A stretch of DNA of 64,000 bases from Podarcis bocagei. Its lineage: Eukaryota. Location of the stretch: the NCBI GenBank assembly GCA_964188305.1, contig OZ076892.1; one strand, written 5' to 3'. The notes below the pieces were generated by a model, which made no database searches, had not been told where the DNA came from, and saw nothing but the letters and a program-made list of their open reading frames with translations. The translations under genes and the position numbers were made by a program. This document shows, in pieces, positions 24,101 through 36,100 of this stretch (positions are counted from its first letter, which is position 1; every line of letters starts with the position of its first letter).

Positions 24101-27096
24101 CAGCAAAGGGCATTCAGCTCTTGGAAGGAGGGCTCCAGCCAACTTAAAGAACAATTAACAGGGTTTTCATAATCTGTCTATCACTTCCAAAATGTAAAGG
24201 GAAGTAGAGTGGAAGCGGTGCAAGGCAAACAGATGGAAGCCTCAGTTGGCAGAGAAGCTGAAGTTTCTCACAGAGAGTTGGACTCTCCTAGATTTTATGA
24301 CTGCAAGGGTCAAATTTCTACCTCTTTCAAGGTGCTGTGGTCCCTTGTACACTAACTGGCAACAGATCTCCGGAGTTTCAGACAGTGCTATTTCCCAGCC
24401 ATACCTGGAGATACCAGGAGTCGAACCTAAGACCTACTGCATCCAAAGCACATACTAGGCACTGCAAAAGCTGAGAAGAGGAAAGATGCCTCAGTGATGA
24501 TGGACAGAGACTTTTCAGGCTCATTTCCATATGTATGGAACTGGTCTTTCAGTGCTGCTGCCTCTTTGAATTCACAAAGGAAGATATAGTGACAACAGAA
24601 ATGCATGGACTTTTTTTTTTACATAAACTCCTAGTGAATTGAAGCACTTCCTGCAAAAAGGGGAAGATGATGTTCTGAGTTGCCCAACCTAAGGGGAGAT
24701 AAGCTCCACAGACTACATGAAGGACCAAGGGGTTTTATGCTTATTTACATTTTAATCCCTTACCATGACCGCCTTGTCACAGACGTTCAGCTGAGGCTGC
24801 CCTGGTAGCAATGTCTCCTTGTGCTGCTCGACGATGGGGGAGATTCTTTCTATAACACTTTGGTATTCAGCACTTGAAAAACTGGAAAGGCAGAAAAAGG
24901 AGATCAGGCACGACAGAGATGTAAACACAATGAATGCTGGCATACCTGGTGTGGTGGATGGGAGATTGCTGTGATATACCACATTAGACTTCTTTGACTA
25001 TTTAGCCCAGCATCGTCAACTCTGACTGGCAGCAACTATTCACCACCTGCTACCAGATCTACCAGGGACTTCTGCAGGCAAAGCAGGTGCTCTATCACGG
25101 AGCTGTGGCTTGTGCTGAGTTACTCAACCCATATGTGGAGTGGCAGATGCGGAGAGCCATGAATGACAACTTCTGCTCACTCTGGAGATGGTGCAGCACA
25201 GTCTAGATTAAAATTTCACTTGCTGCACGGCTGTGGATGCATGGAGTTCGCACATTAGGGCAGGAGTGGGCAGATGGTAGACAGACAGCTTGTACACAGA
25301 GATCATCCCAGCAAGCGGCTAATGGGGTGTGCAGCAGAAAACTGGCTCTGCTCCTTGAACTACCTTTCTGAGCCTGGTTCTGGTTGGTGGATCCTGGGAT
25401 TCTAATTTACAAACAACAACATAGTTCTCCCAAGCCTGACATTTGTTCATGGTTGAATTAGGGATTAGCAGACCTAGACAGCTTAAAAAACAGTCCTTCG
25501 GCTTCAACCCTAAGGGCCCACCACACTTGCTACCATGCCTTCAGATGGTTCCTGGACCTGGATGCTTAAAACACTGTTAGGAATAGCATAGAATACGAAG
25601 ATTGGCCTTCAGCAGGCCCAAGATGCCGTGGATACACAGGGAGCATCACAGCATCTGCCTCACCCTCTGCCTGCTCCCAAGGTAATAGACATAGACTCCA
25701 TGCCACAGGAACACAAAAGTGGACTGACTCAAGTTATGCTTCACAGAATGGTACCCATTTAAATAGATGTGAATTCCTCCACTGCCACCCTACTGCCACA
25801 GAGTGAGCAAAGCACTGACATGTTCAAGGGAATATATTATCTCGAGAGTATATTTTACTTACTTACTTGTTAGAGTCTTTAATCTCATTTTGTTCCCAAA
25901 TTCTGAATAGGAAGTTAAGTAGTAACACAGAAAACACCTTCAACAACTCAACACCAAGTGATCCAAATCTTTATTTCTGTTTTGGACACTGCAATCATCC
26001 AAAGCTGATGTAGTTTAAATGTTCAAAGCTATGACCAATCCAGATCCAGCCTGGATCTCGGTTGCAAGATGTCTTATTGTGGCTTCAGCAGCTTTGAGAG
26101 GTGGAGAGAGCAATTCTGAGCATGTGGCAATGTGTGTGCCCCACACGGGAACACACACTGAAGACCTTTACCTTGGTTGACTTTGGTCTGTACAAAAAGT
26201 CACTTGAATTAGAACTTCCTAAGATCGTGGAACGTGCAATGTTAGAAATATCGAAAAAAGTTGGAAAAACTAATAATTGGATACGGCAAAGATTAAAAGT
26301 AACGGATGCAGTGGAAAAGGTTGTGAAGGATATATGCAGGACATGTGGCAAGAGGCAATTTGGGCTGATGAAGGTTAATTAATGCTACAATTTCAAAAGG
26401 CCAAGGGCATGACCACCTATGTAATGGGTAGACAATCTAAAATTAATAGCAGGGCTTATGTGGATGCAAGAAGCAAGCAACAGAAGATGATGGAGGGAAC
26501 TTGAAGAGGCATATATCCAAAGATGACTATTTTGACTATGGCAGACCAACACGGCTACCTATCTGTAACTGGATCCAAAGATGAGTGAGAGATGATGGAG
26601 AAGACGAAGACAAGGTTGGACACCTTGCATTGTTTTCACACAAGAGGGCTTTCACTGACTCTCCTGTGAATGTTAAGGAGGAGCAGGAAACCAGGCCCCT
26701 TCCCACTCTCCCCCACCCCAACAACCCACCCCTTACTCTTATCAGGATTATAAACTTCAGCAGGTATTTGTTTAAGTGGCTTAACGTTCCCTTTCACTGT
26801 GGTATTACTTCAAGTACTTCTTAAATGGAGGATTAATACCCAGTGATCTCATTTTGTCCATCATATTAAGAGTCACTTAGGAAACAAAGAACTGCAAATT
26901 GCTTTTGGAGATAAAATGGAAACAATGCCACTCAGGCCTGACCCTGGACCCCCTTTACTTCTGGTCCGAGCTGCCCACTGGCCCCGGGGGCTCCAGAGCA
27001 TTTCCTTCTCCAAAATCAATCACATTCGAAACCGAGGAACACACCAACGGTTTCCAGTAAGTGCTATAAATACCATATCTTCTTGGCAGCCTTCCA

Positions 27097-27140
<44 letters not shown>

Positions 27141-30100
27141 GTCCAATGGACTTCATCTCAGCGAAGAGAGAATTTGTGACCTCTTCTGCCACAGAACGTA
27201 AGAACCAACTGCTGGAGGAGACCCAATGGCAGTCTCTCTAGCCCAGGATCTTGCTTCCCAGTAGCCAACCAGATACAGATAAGCTTTTAAGGCAACGGCT
27301 ATCAGTGGCTACTAGCCATTTTCTTGATCACTATACATCTGTTGATGCACCCTAGAATAGCATTCGCTTCTTTTGCTGCTACATCACACTGTTGGCTCAA
27401 GTTTGACTTCTGGTCTACTAAGACCCTAGATCCTTTTCACATGTACCACTGGCAATCCAGGTGTTCCCCATTTTATATTTGTGGAGCTGGTTCTTTTTGC
27501 CTAAGTGCAGAACCTTGCAATTGTCCCCACTGAAATTCATTCTGTTAGTTTTGGCCCAGTTCTCCAATCTGTTAAGGTCATCTGTTGTGCTCAGGTCCCT
27601 GCCTGTAGGCTTCCTGTAGGAATCTGCTTAGCCACTGCGAGAACAGGTTGCTGAAGTCTCTGGAAAATAGGGGCCTGCTTTGATCTGAACCCACTATCCC
27701 ACTTTTTAAGAGGGGTAGCCCTGTTGATCTGTTGCATCAAACAGACTGTTGTGGCACTGAAAACAAATGCAAAGGCATTTCAAGAAATTAGTAATGTGAG
27801 CATAAAATTTATATGCACACAAAGAAAGTACAGTGCAAGTCATTCCCAACAACTGACAATGGGGAGAAATAAATAGAGCAAGAACTGTAGTATTGTATTG
27901 TTATCATATAGTATTAACACACAGAGAAAGAGGCAACACCTGGTTCGTGCGCCAAACTATGGCATCCTGGAACTGTGCAAATTTACAGGCTCCTGGAGAA
28001 CAGCTCACAGCTGCTTTGCTCTTCCCCAATTTTTCACTCCCGTGCAGTGCTATGCAAGGCCAAGTCGAGCCACAATGGAGCAAGGCAATGGCGCACTAAC
28101 CTCACCTGTCTGTCTTCTTGCAGCTGCCCACCAGACATTGCTGTCAAGTTTAATAAAAGCAGGGAACATGGGCATCAGCCAGCACTGGGTGATGGAGGCT
28201 GTTTATTTCACTGGGGTGCACACAGGAAATCTTCCCACACAAAAGCAGAGAGCCAGCAGTACAGATTGTAGAGATATTGTCTTCTCCTGCGCTTATCCTC
28301 ATCAGCTATTTGAACTGGTTAACAGGCTGGTGCACATATAGATTGCATATGGGATGTACAATACCCCCTGCTCTGCAAAGAAAAGCTGCTTGGTCATGCC
28401 CACCTCTGCATTATCCAAGGGAGGAAAAAGAATCATGAGGGAATGAATGACCAGAATCCACAGCAATTTTCATGCTGCTGCTGGTGCTATGCCTGTACAG
28501 GTGTTTGGAACGCCTATTGTCTAAGCAAACTGACAGGCTGCTTTGCCCCTGGGCCGCCCTAAATTTGTATTCCGTCTCTTCAAGCCTGCCAAGGGGAGGA
28601 TGGGAATTGCAGTGGAAGAATGAGAGGGAAGAGCGCGCCAGGGTGAGCAGGTGGTGTTGTGAGGAGTTTGCTCGGAGAGATTCCCCCTGTGTACGCAGAA
28701 TTATTCCACGCTCAGGATGAAGGAGCAGAGTGGACAGAGTCCAGGGTCATTACACTAATTGACACTTTACCTCCAGGAAGTCCCCAGAGAGCCAATCAGG
28801 GATGGATTGGAGGCGCAAGGTCCCAGGCACAGGTGTGGCGTGTGTTTAGTTCATTTAGCGTAATTGTGCTTCTGCAATCTGTTCTCATTGCCCTCCCACT
28901 CCAAGCAAAATCTGTACACAACTCACTCCATTGTTAACCCCGCCGTGGCCTGCCGTGAAAACTCAGTTTGGGGCTGGAAGGAAGGAGCTGGTGTTAATAT
29001 ATTGCCTCCCTCCCTGGGCTATGATGATCTTAATCTTTGAGCCTTTACACTCCCCTTTCCAGCTTCACAGAACTGTCTGAGGTTACTGAATCTGAATGAT
29101 GAGAAGCCAAGCTGTAAATATATATATATATATATATATATAGCTTTTTTGTATTTCTCTCTTCCTTTGTTTAAGTATCTGTGTACATACACACACACTC
29201 TCTCTCTCTCTTTCTGCATCCAAATGCCTGCAAAGCCAGGTGGTGCAGCTCTTTCCATCTGCAATGAGTTGTGTGCCTCACCCCCTGACTCAAGACAAAA
29301 CAAAGAAGGATCTGGTAATATAGGACTCTTTGCTGGAGAAAGCATTTCCCACCCCTAAAAACTTAAGATGCATAACAATGCACGTTGGCATAATATAGAC
29401 ATCACCTCACCTATTTTCTCCCCATTTTATATTTTATTCCAAGACAGGCTGTCATTTAAAAAACAACACCACTCTTCCACAGACCTAGACACTGGGAGAA
29501 CAGCTTAGAACCCTGAGACTACAAAGAGAGAGAGCATGAACTATGCTGGACTATGAGGGACCTATGGCCTGATCCAGCTTTGGGGATCTTCTTATGTTCA
29601 GTGGTATGTGCAATACAGTGAGCTCAGGTTTACAGCATCCCCACAGACAGGCAGGTCCTCCCCATATTCTGTGGACAGAATCACCGACAAGCCCATTTTT
29701 GTTCCTCTGCTTGCAAGGCCCTTGCTGGTACCCATCTTCAGAGTGAAATTATGCCTGGGCAAGAAAACACTTGCTCTCCCTCTGAGAAGCACTAATACAG
29801 GGACTCCCAACAGGCAGGCTGCCAAGGGGGATAATTAAGGCAAATCAAAAATACGCACCCGCCACACTAGTAACATCTCTGCAAATGAGGATAATTTAAT
29901 TACCCACAAAGAAGGGGAGACCTCCTTTCCACAAGGCTTCCAATGTGACCGGAGATATGAGAGGATATAAACATTAGAGAGCTTCCCAAATGAACTTTCA
30001 TTTGGTTTATTATTATATTTATTTAAAGAGAGAGAGAGAATGTGCGCCTTTCTATTATGCCCTGCATATTAAAACATCATTTCGCCATAATCGTGTCATA

Positions 30101-33100
30101 ATCTCCCCATAAAATTCAATCAAGACAATAGCTTGCCGGGTGTTTGGAAAGCAAGGGAGCCAGATGAGAAATGGCTGCAGATGAAAACAATGGAATGCAG
30201 CTCAACTCAGAAAGGGCGGTTTTCCAATTAGATGACAAGGCAGGGGATGCCCTGCAGAGAGAGAGCTCCCAAATCTGGATCCAAGTAGCTTGGATTTTGA
30301 AAGGAAAACCTCTCAGCCCAAAGCACAAAAGTAAACTGGAGCTCTATGTGTTACACTTGCAGGAGTGGGACGCCTGGGATTTGCTGCTGGGTGCAGAATT
30401 CAGCATACCGACAGCCATAGCTTTTTCTTTTTGAAAGGAAGCTTCCAGCTCTTGTGGTTGGTAAGATAAACTTGACAACACTGGGGCCATGCCTGGGGGC
30501 CCAACAGGACATAAAAGAGTGGGTACGATGGGGCTTCTGCACCAAGCATGGCAGGTTGTTCCTTTTGTAGGGGGAGGGGAATTGCAGAAATAATTCTATA
30601 TATGCAGACTGTTGGACTGGCATGATGTATTCAGAAAACCAATGTGTGGTGTGGTGAGCAGCATGTTGTGCAAGGACCTGCAAAGACCCTATAGTGTTCA
30701 GGCAGGCCTTTAAAAACTGAACTTCTTTACAAGGCAGTTCTTCTTGAGATGTTACTGATGTTATGATAATATGATGCCACTATGCTATTTCTATTTTCTG
30801 GCCAGCCCTGAGGCTCACTGCGTGCAGTTGGCCTGGCCATAATTTCACTGCCAAATCTGTAAGAAAGATGGGAATCTGAATGTAATAAATAATAAATAAA
30901 ATATTCAGCTCTAAGATTCAAGGTGTTGCTCAATGTAGCATTCAAAGTTGTTGCTCAGTGCAGCCCTACTAGACAGCACTGGGCGGTGGTGGGATAGATG
31001 AAGGCAGGAACTTGTATATGAAAAGATGCAACAAGACATTTTAGAGTATTGGTCATAGCAGAGGTCGCACTTCAGGCAGCAAAACATTATGAGTTGGCTT
31101 TGGATTTGGGCTCGCTTGGCAGACAATTTCTGCTTCTAGTGTGGACCATGCATGGTCTTGACAAAAAAAGAAATAGTACTGCATAAACGATTATCAATAT
31201 AAATTAATACATAGCTGCCTACTGAAATGTTAAGTTTCTCTTCACTTAAATCACACCTATGAATATAACTATAGCCTTTAAGTCAAGAGGAATCTGCAGA
31301 TCCAAATTAGGTTAAGAACTTAAGAATGGCCCTGCTGGATCAGACCAAAGCCCCATCTGGCCCAGTACCCTGCTCTCACAGTGCCCCTCTGGGAAGCTCA
31401 CAAGCAACACCCAACTCTCTGGGAAAGGGGAACAGCATTCTTTCTGACTAGTGCAACCAAAACGCTTCAGAGAATGAGAGAAGGAAAGGAGAGAAACAAA
31501 ATCACCCTCAAGGTGAGCGAGAGAAAGTCATATTGTCAGGCTACCCTGTTTCCTTCCCAGTGGGTCATTACAAGTACTGAAACTTGAAAAACTGGTGCCT
31601 GGCCTTCCTTTTTTCCTCCTCCCTCCTCATCAGTTTTTCCTTGCAAGTAATGCATTTCAGATTGGTTGTCTTACTACTAATCTTTGTAAACAGCTCTGGG
31701 AGCCTTTTTGGCTAATAAGTTGGGTCAAAAGAGGTTATGAATAATTTTGAGTTTGTGCCAGAATTGGTGATTCCAATAAGAACCACAGCGAGATCAAAGA
31801 TGGAATTATTTCACCCCCCACTCCCAATGACAGCATCTCTATATGCAGAGTTTACGCAAATTATGTGCACATTAAAACCTATAAGTCAGCTATACTTCTC
31901 CAGCTCATGATTCACTCCCACACTGCCTGCCCCTGCAGTTAGTGCAATGTGAACCAGCAACACTCAAGCCACAAAAATCAACTGCAAAAAGAATTCATTA
32001 GGGCTGAAAAGTAGGAAGATCTTATTCACTCCAAGGATAGGACCAGCATCTCTTTTTCCTTTCCTCCCCAGCAGAGAACACTTAGTGGGCAGCACAATCA
32101 CGTGGTTCTGCCAGGACAGTAATGGAATGAGCGCAAGTGCTCCGCTATTTAGAAGGATGGGTAATTGCAGCCCTGTCAGTTGTAAGAGCACCTTGCTGTA
32201 AAAGCCACTTTGGTGCAGGTGGAGCCAACAACACCCGTTTCCTCTCTCCTTAACGCTCCATTATGTAAACAGGATTTGTTTCAGGGAAAGCAGATGGTAC
32301 ACTCCGGCACCTCGTGAGAAAACCCGCCCAACCTTTCCAAGTGATCAGCCAAGGCTCTTTTGCTCCATTGCCAATGCAACCTCATGTGCCTCTCTGCAGC
32401 TACTCCTGGTGGCTGCTAGAATCCCAGGCTCACCTGCCATTTCATAGGGAGGAGGCAGGCATGAAAATATGCTTACCACACAGCTGCCACAGACTCTCAG
32501 TTCACACCCTGCCTTTCAGTGGCCTCCGGTGAGGGCAAAAGGCAGGCAGAAGGATGTCTTAAACCCTTTAATGGAGCATGGATTTAATCTTAGGGATAAG
32601 TGAAACCTATCTTGAATAGCTTCTGGCTACACAAACATGCCAAGTTCCTTAGGAACATGGAAAGCTGCCTTTTCCCAGCCCAGAATATTTCTCCACCTAG
32701 TCCACATATCATCTGCTCTGACTGCCAGTGACTCTCCAGGGTGTCAGGCAGAGTCTTTCCCATCACCTATGGTCTGATCCTGGAGATGCAAGGACTGAAC
32801 TGGGGACCTGGCGCTTGCATACTGCATCATCTGCTGCTGAGCTACAACCCTTCCCCTTCGCCACCAAGAGGGCTCCCAGCTCTGACATTAAGATGATTGC
32901 TACCAAGGAGACAGTCTTCGTGATTATACTCTTCATCAAAAACACCCTCGGGGCTGAAAGCGGGAGGGTGGGGGGAGCATTCAGAGCACCATTATAACTC
33001 CAAGCATGTTGCTTTCAGGGGCCTTCTCTGCAAAGAGCCTTCCGCCCGCATCCCCTAAAACTGCAGATCCCCTCCCTGTCTCCTCAGGGTTTTGAAACCA

Positions 33101-36100
33101 GCTTGCAGCATGGAAGTCTGGGGCCACTTGGCTGGAAGGAGGTCAAGACCTCTTGCACGGCTCTAATTAAGGTTGAGGGGGCTTGCAAAGAAGAACCAAC
33201 TGGAGGGGAGGCGTTGTTCCACAGGTCAGATATGCCCTTGCTTTCTACTTAATGGCATTCAGAATCTACCACCTGAGACAGCTCCCTCACATTTCACCCC
33301 ACAGGAGAGCTGTCTTTGTCTGCAGCCATTAAAAATCCAGTTCTGTTGGTTTTAGTTCATTTTACCTGCTTGTCAGAGAGCTGTACAACTGCAGTGCTGT
33401 CAGGATAATGCATTTTGATCCAACTTGCTTCTTTCACACTTTCATTCTGAGCTTCCCAGAAGCCTTGTTATTAAAAGCATAGATGCTGTCTGTCAACTTC
33501 AGGACCAGCCCAAGACATTTTGCTGCCTGAGGCAAAAGATAAGATGCCACCCTCATCCCCCGCTTTCCAAGTCCAGAAGCAGACCCGGCTGGCAGCCGAA
33601 TTTTAGTTCAGCACTGGCAGTGGGACACCATGGTCTACCACAGAGCAGGGTGTGCATTGTACACAAAGCCCCAGCCCCTTGCTGCGGCTCCCTGCATCCC
33701 AGCACCAGCTGCCTGAGATGCCCGCCTTCCTCTGCCTCATGGTATGGCAGGCCCTGGTCAGCCTGGCTTTGTATGCTGCTGCTGAACAATTCTGTGATGC
33801 TCAAAAGCTTTCATTCTTTCCCACAGAGAAAGGACAAGCCAGTTAAAAGGGATGCTGTGCTTGACTAGTTTACCTTGCTCTCTTGTGAGGCTGGTGTTCA
33901 CCTCAAGAACACCACTTGTGTTTCCGATCACATGCCTGCCTTACCTTATTGGATACTTTTCCCCAGGGTCCTTTCCCAAGTGAAACAGAAGTGGAAGCTT
34001 GGAGTGCTCCTCTTGGTCATGGGTCGTTACTCCAGAAACACTTTGGCCGGGGCAGAAATCAATGCCCTGCAAGAGAAAGAGGAACGCCATTCACTAAAAA
34101 TCAACAACAAAAGCACATGAGCTATAGGTGGCCAGGGATCTTGAATTCTCATCAGTTTACATTAAGAAAGAAACTTTCAAGTCCTAGTGATTTAACAGAA
34201 AAACATGGAAACAAATGTATACAGGGCCCCAGATTCATAGGGTTGTCAAATGTTGCCATGTTAATTCCAATGGATTTCAAAGTGGCTCAGTGAAATCATG
34301 TTTCCCCAGTGCTGATTCATTACCAGAATCTCCTCTCCACACCCACACCCGTTCTCAGGCTGGCTGCCAGGCTGTACTGAGGACAGGAGAAGCTTCCTAA
34401 TTGTCATTACATTTGTATCACCCCTTTCCTTTACCTGGAAAATCTTGAGAATAGCATACATAGGCATCCCAGGTGGTCTTCCATCCAGGCAAGGACCAGA
34501 CCTTTTGCAGGGTTGCTGCCTCACAAGCCTTTGGACCAAAAGGCCAGTAAATTGGTTTCCTAGGAGTTCAGTGTCACGCAAGAAAAATGGACCCAAAGAA
34601 GCTTGCAAAATGGAATTTGTTTTTCATGCTCAACTGACTGGCACATGTGTGGTTAGGAAGGACCTGCTCACCACCATCCCCAGTCAGTAACACACAACCC
34701 TCAAGACATGCTTTCCCCACAACCATGTGCCTTGATCCACTTATTAAAGGCATTCAATAATATCTACCCCCAGGACAGCTTGCTTGCTCCTGCTTCCCAA
34801 ACTCTATGGCTTCCAGGTACACCATCTCCTTACTTTAATTAGTGTACACGTGGCAAACTTCTCCACCATGCAAAGGGTGAACCCATCCCTCACTCTCTCA
34901 GTGTAAAGTGCAGAATCATAATCAAAAGATAGACAACACATATTGCTGGCCCCACTCCAGATTCCACAATAGTCAGGTCAGGTTGAAATAGTCAAAACTG
35001 CTGCACTCCAGCAGCTGATGACCGTTCTAGAGCAAATCCTATACTAATGCACTGTCCCAAACTATCATCCAGGGCATATCATACTGCCAACCACAGCATA
35101 CCCTTTCTTTGCATTAATGCTATAATGTCTCTGGTCTATTCCATAAGGCAAACTTTTATTTGCAACACACATACCCACACCCCGCATCACTATCAGGGCA
35201 CTTGCTGGAATCAAGAGCATGAAGCAATGAGCTCTCTTTCTGCACCACACCCCCATGCATCACATCCTTCTAAAACATTAATCATGAAGAGAGGAGTTCA
35301 TTACAGCTGTGTCTGCTGGATGCTCTGATGGCAACCTGGATGTTGCTCAGAAAGCTGCATCCTCGGGTTCCAGATGGCTGGCAACTTCCATGTAAAGATG
35401 GAAACAAATCCATCTTGGTTGTGTGCAAATGTGGATTTGTAGACTGCTTACACCAATCTGAATCTCAAAGTGATCTATCATAGAGGGGCATGATCCTGTG
35501 CAGCAGGAAGTATCCGCCCATCACCCAACATCTCTGGAGGAAGAGTTAACTGCTAGAAATCCCCCTGGACTAGTGTGTGTGTCTTTTAAACCACCCACAG
35601 AATGGCTTCATTCACCTTGCCCAACTTCTAACCCAGCACTACAATGGCAGCATTTCCAATTACCAGCATTCTCACACTGAGTTGAACTACCCAGTCTGCA
35701 ACATCTGTTTTCAGCCTGAGTGCATCTTCCTACTAAAGGAGCTGTCAATGGGTCAGTAGGATACTTTTAAATAAATATGGCACAAGATCAGCAAGTGAGA
35801 TGCCAGCTCAATACACATGGGCCCTAGAAGTGTCTCTTTGAATACCAGTCACCAAGTATGTTCTTACTTCTCCTCTTGTAGGTAACAGAACACATTTCTG
35901 CCTAGAGGGGGGGGGGGTGGAGCTGCAGATGCAAAACCTCCCCTCATTCTGGAGAGCCTAGAAGCAGGAAGAGAGAACACATGGTCACCTAGAAACAGCC
36001 TCTCATACCGCTACACCGCCCCACCACTAGTTGCCTGAAACCAATGTTTTAGGTAACCGGGGAAGGAAGGAGAATCAGAAGGAGAAGCTTGGGGTGGGGA

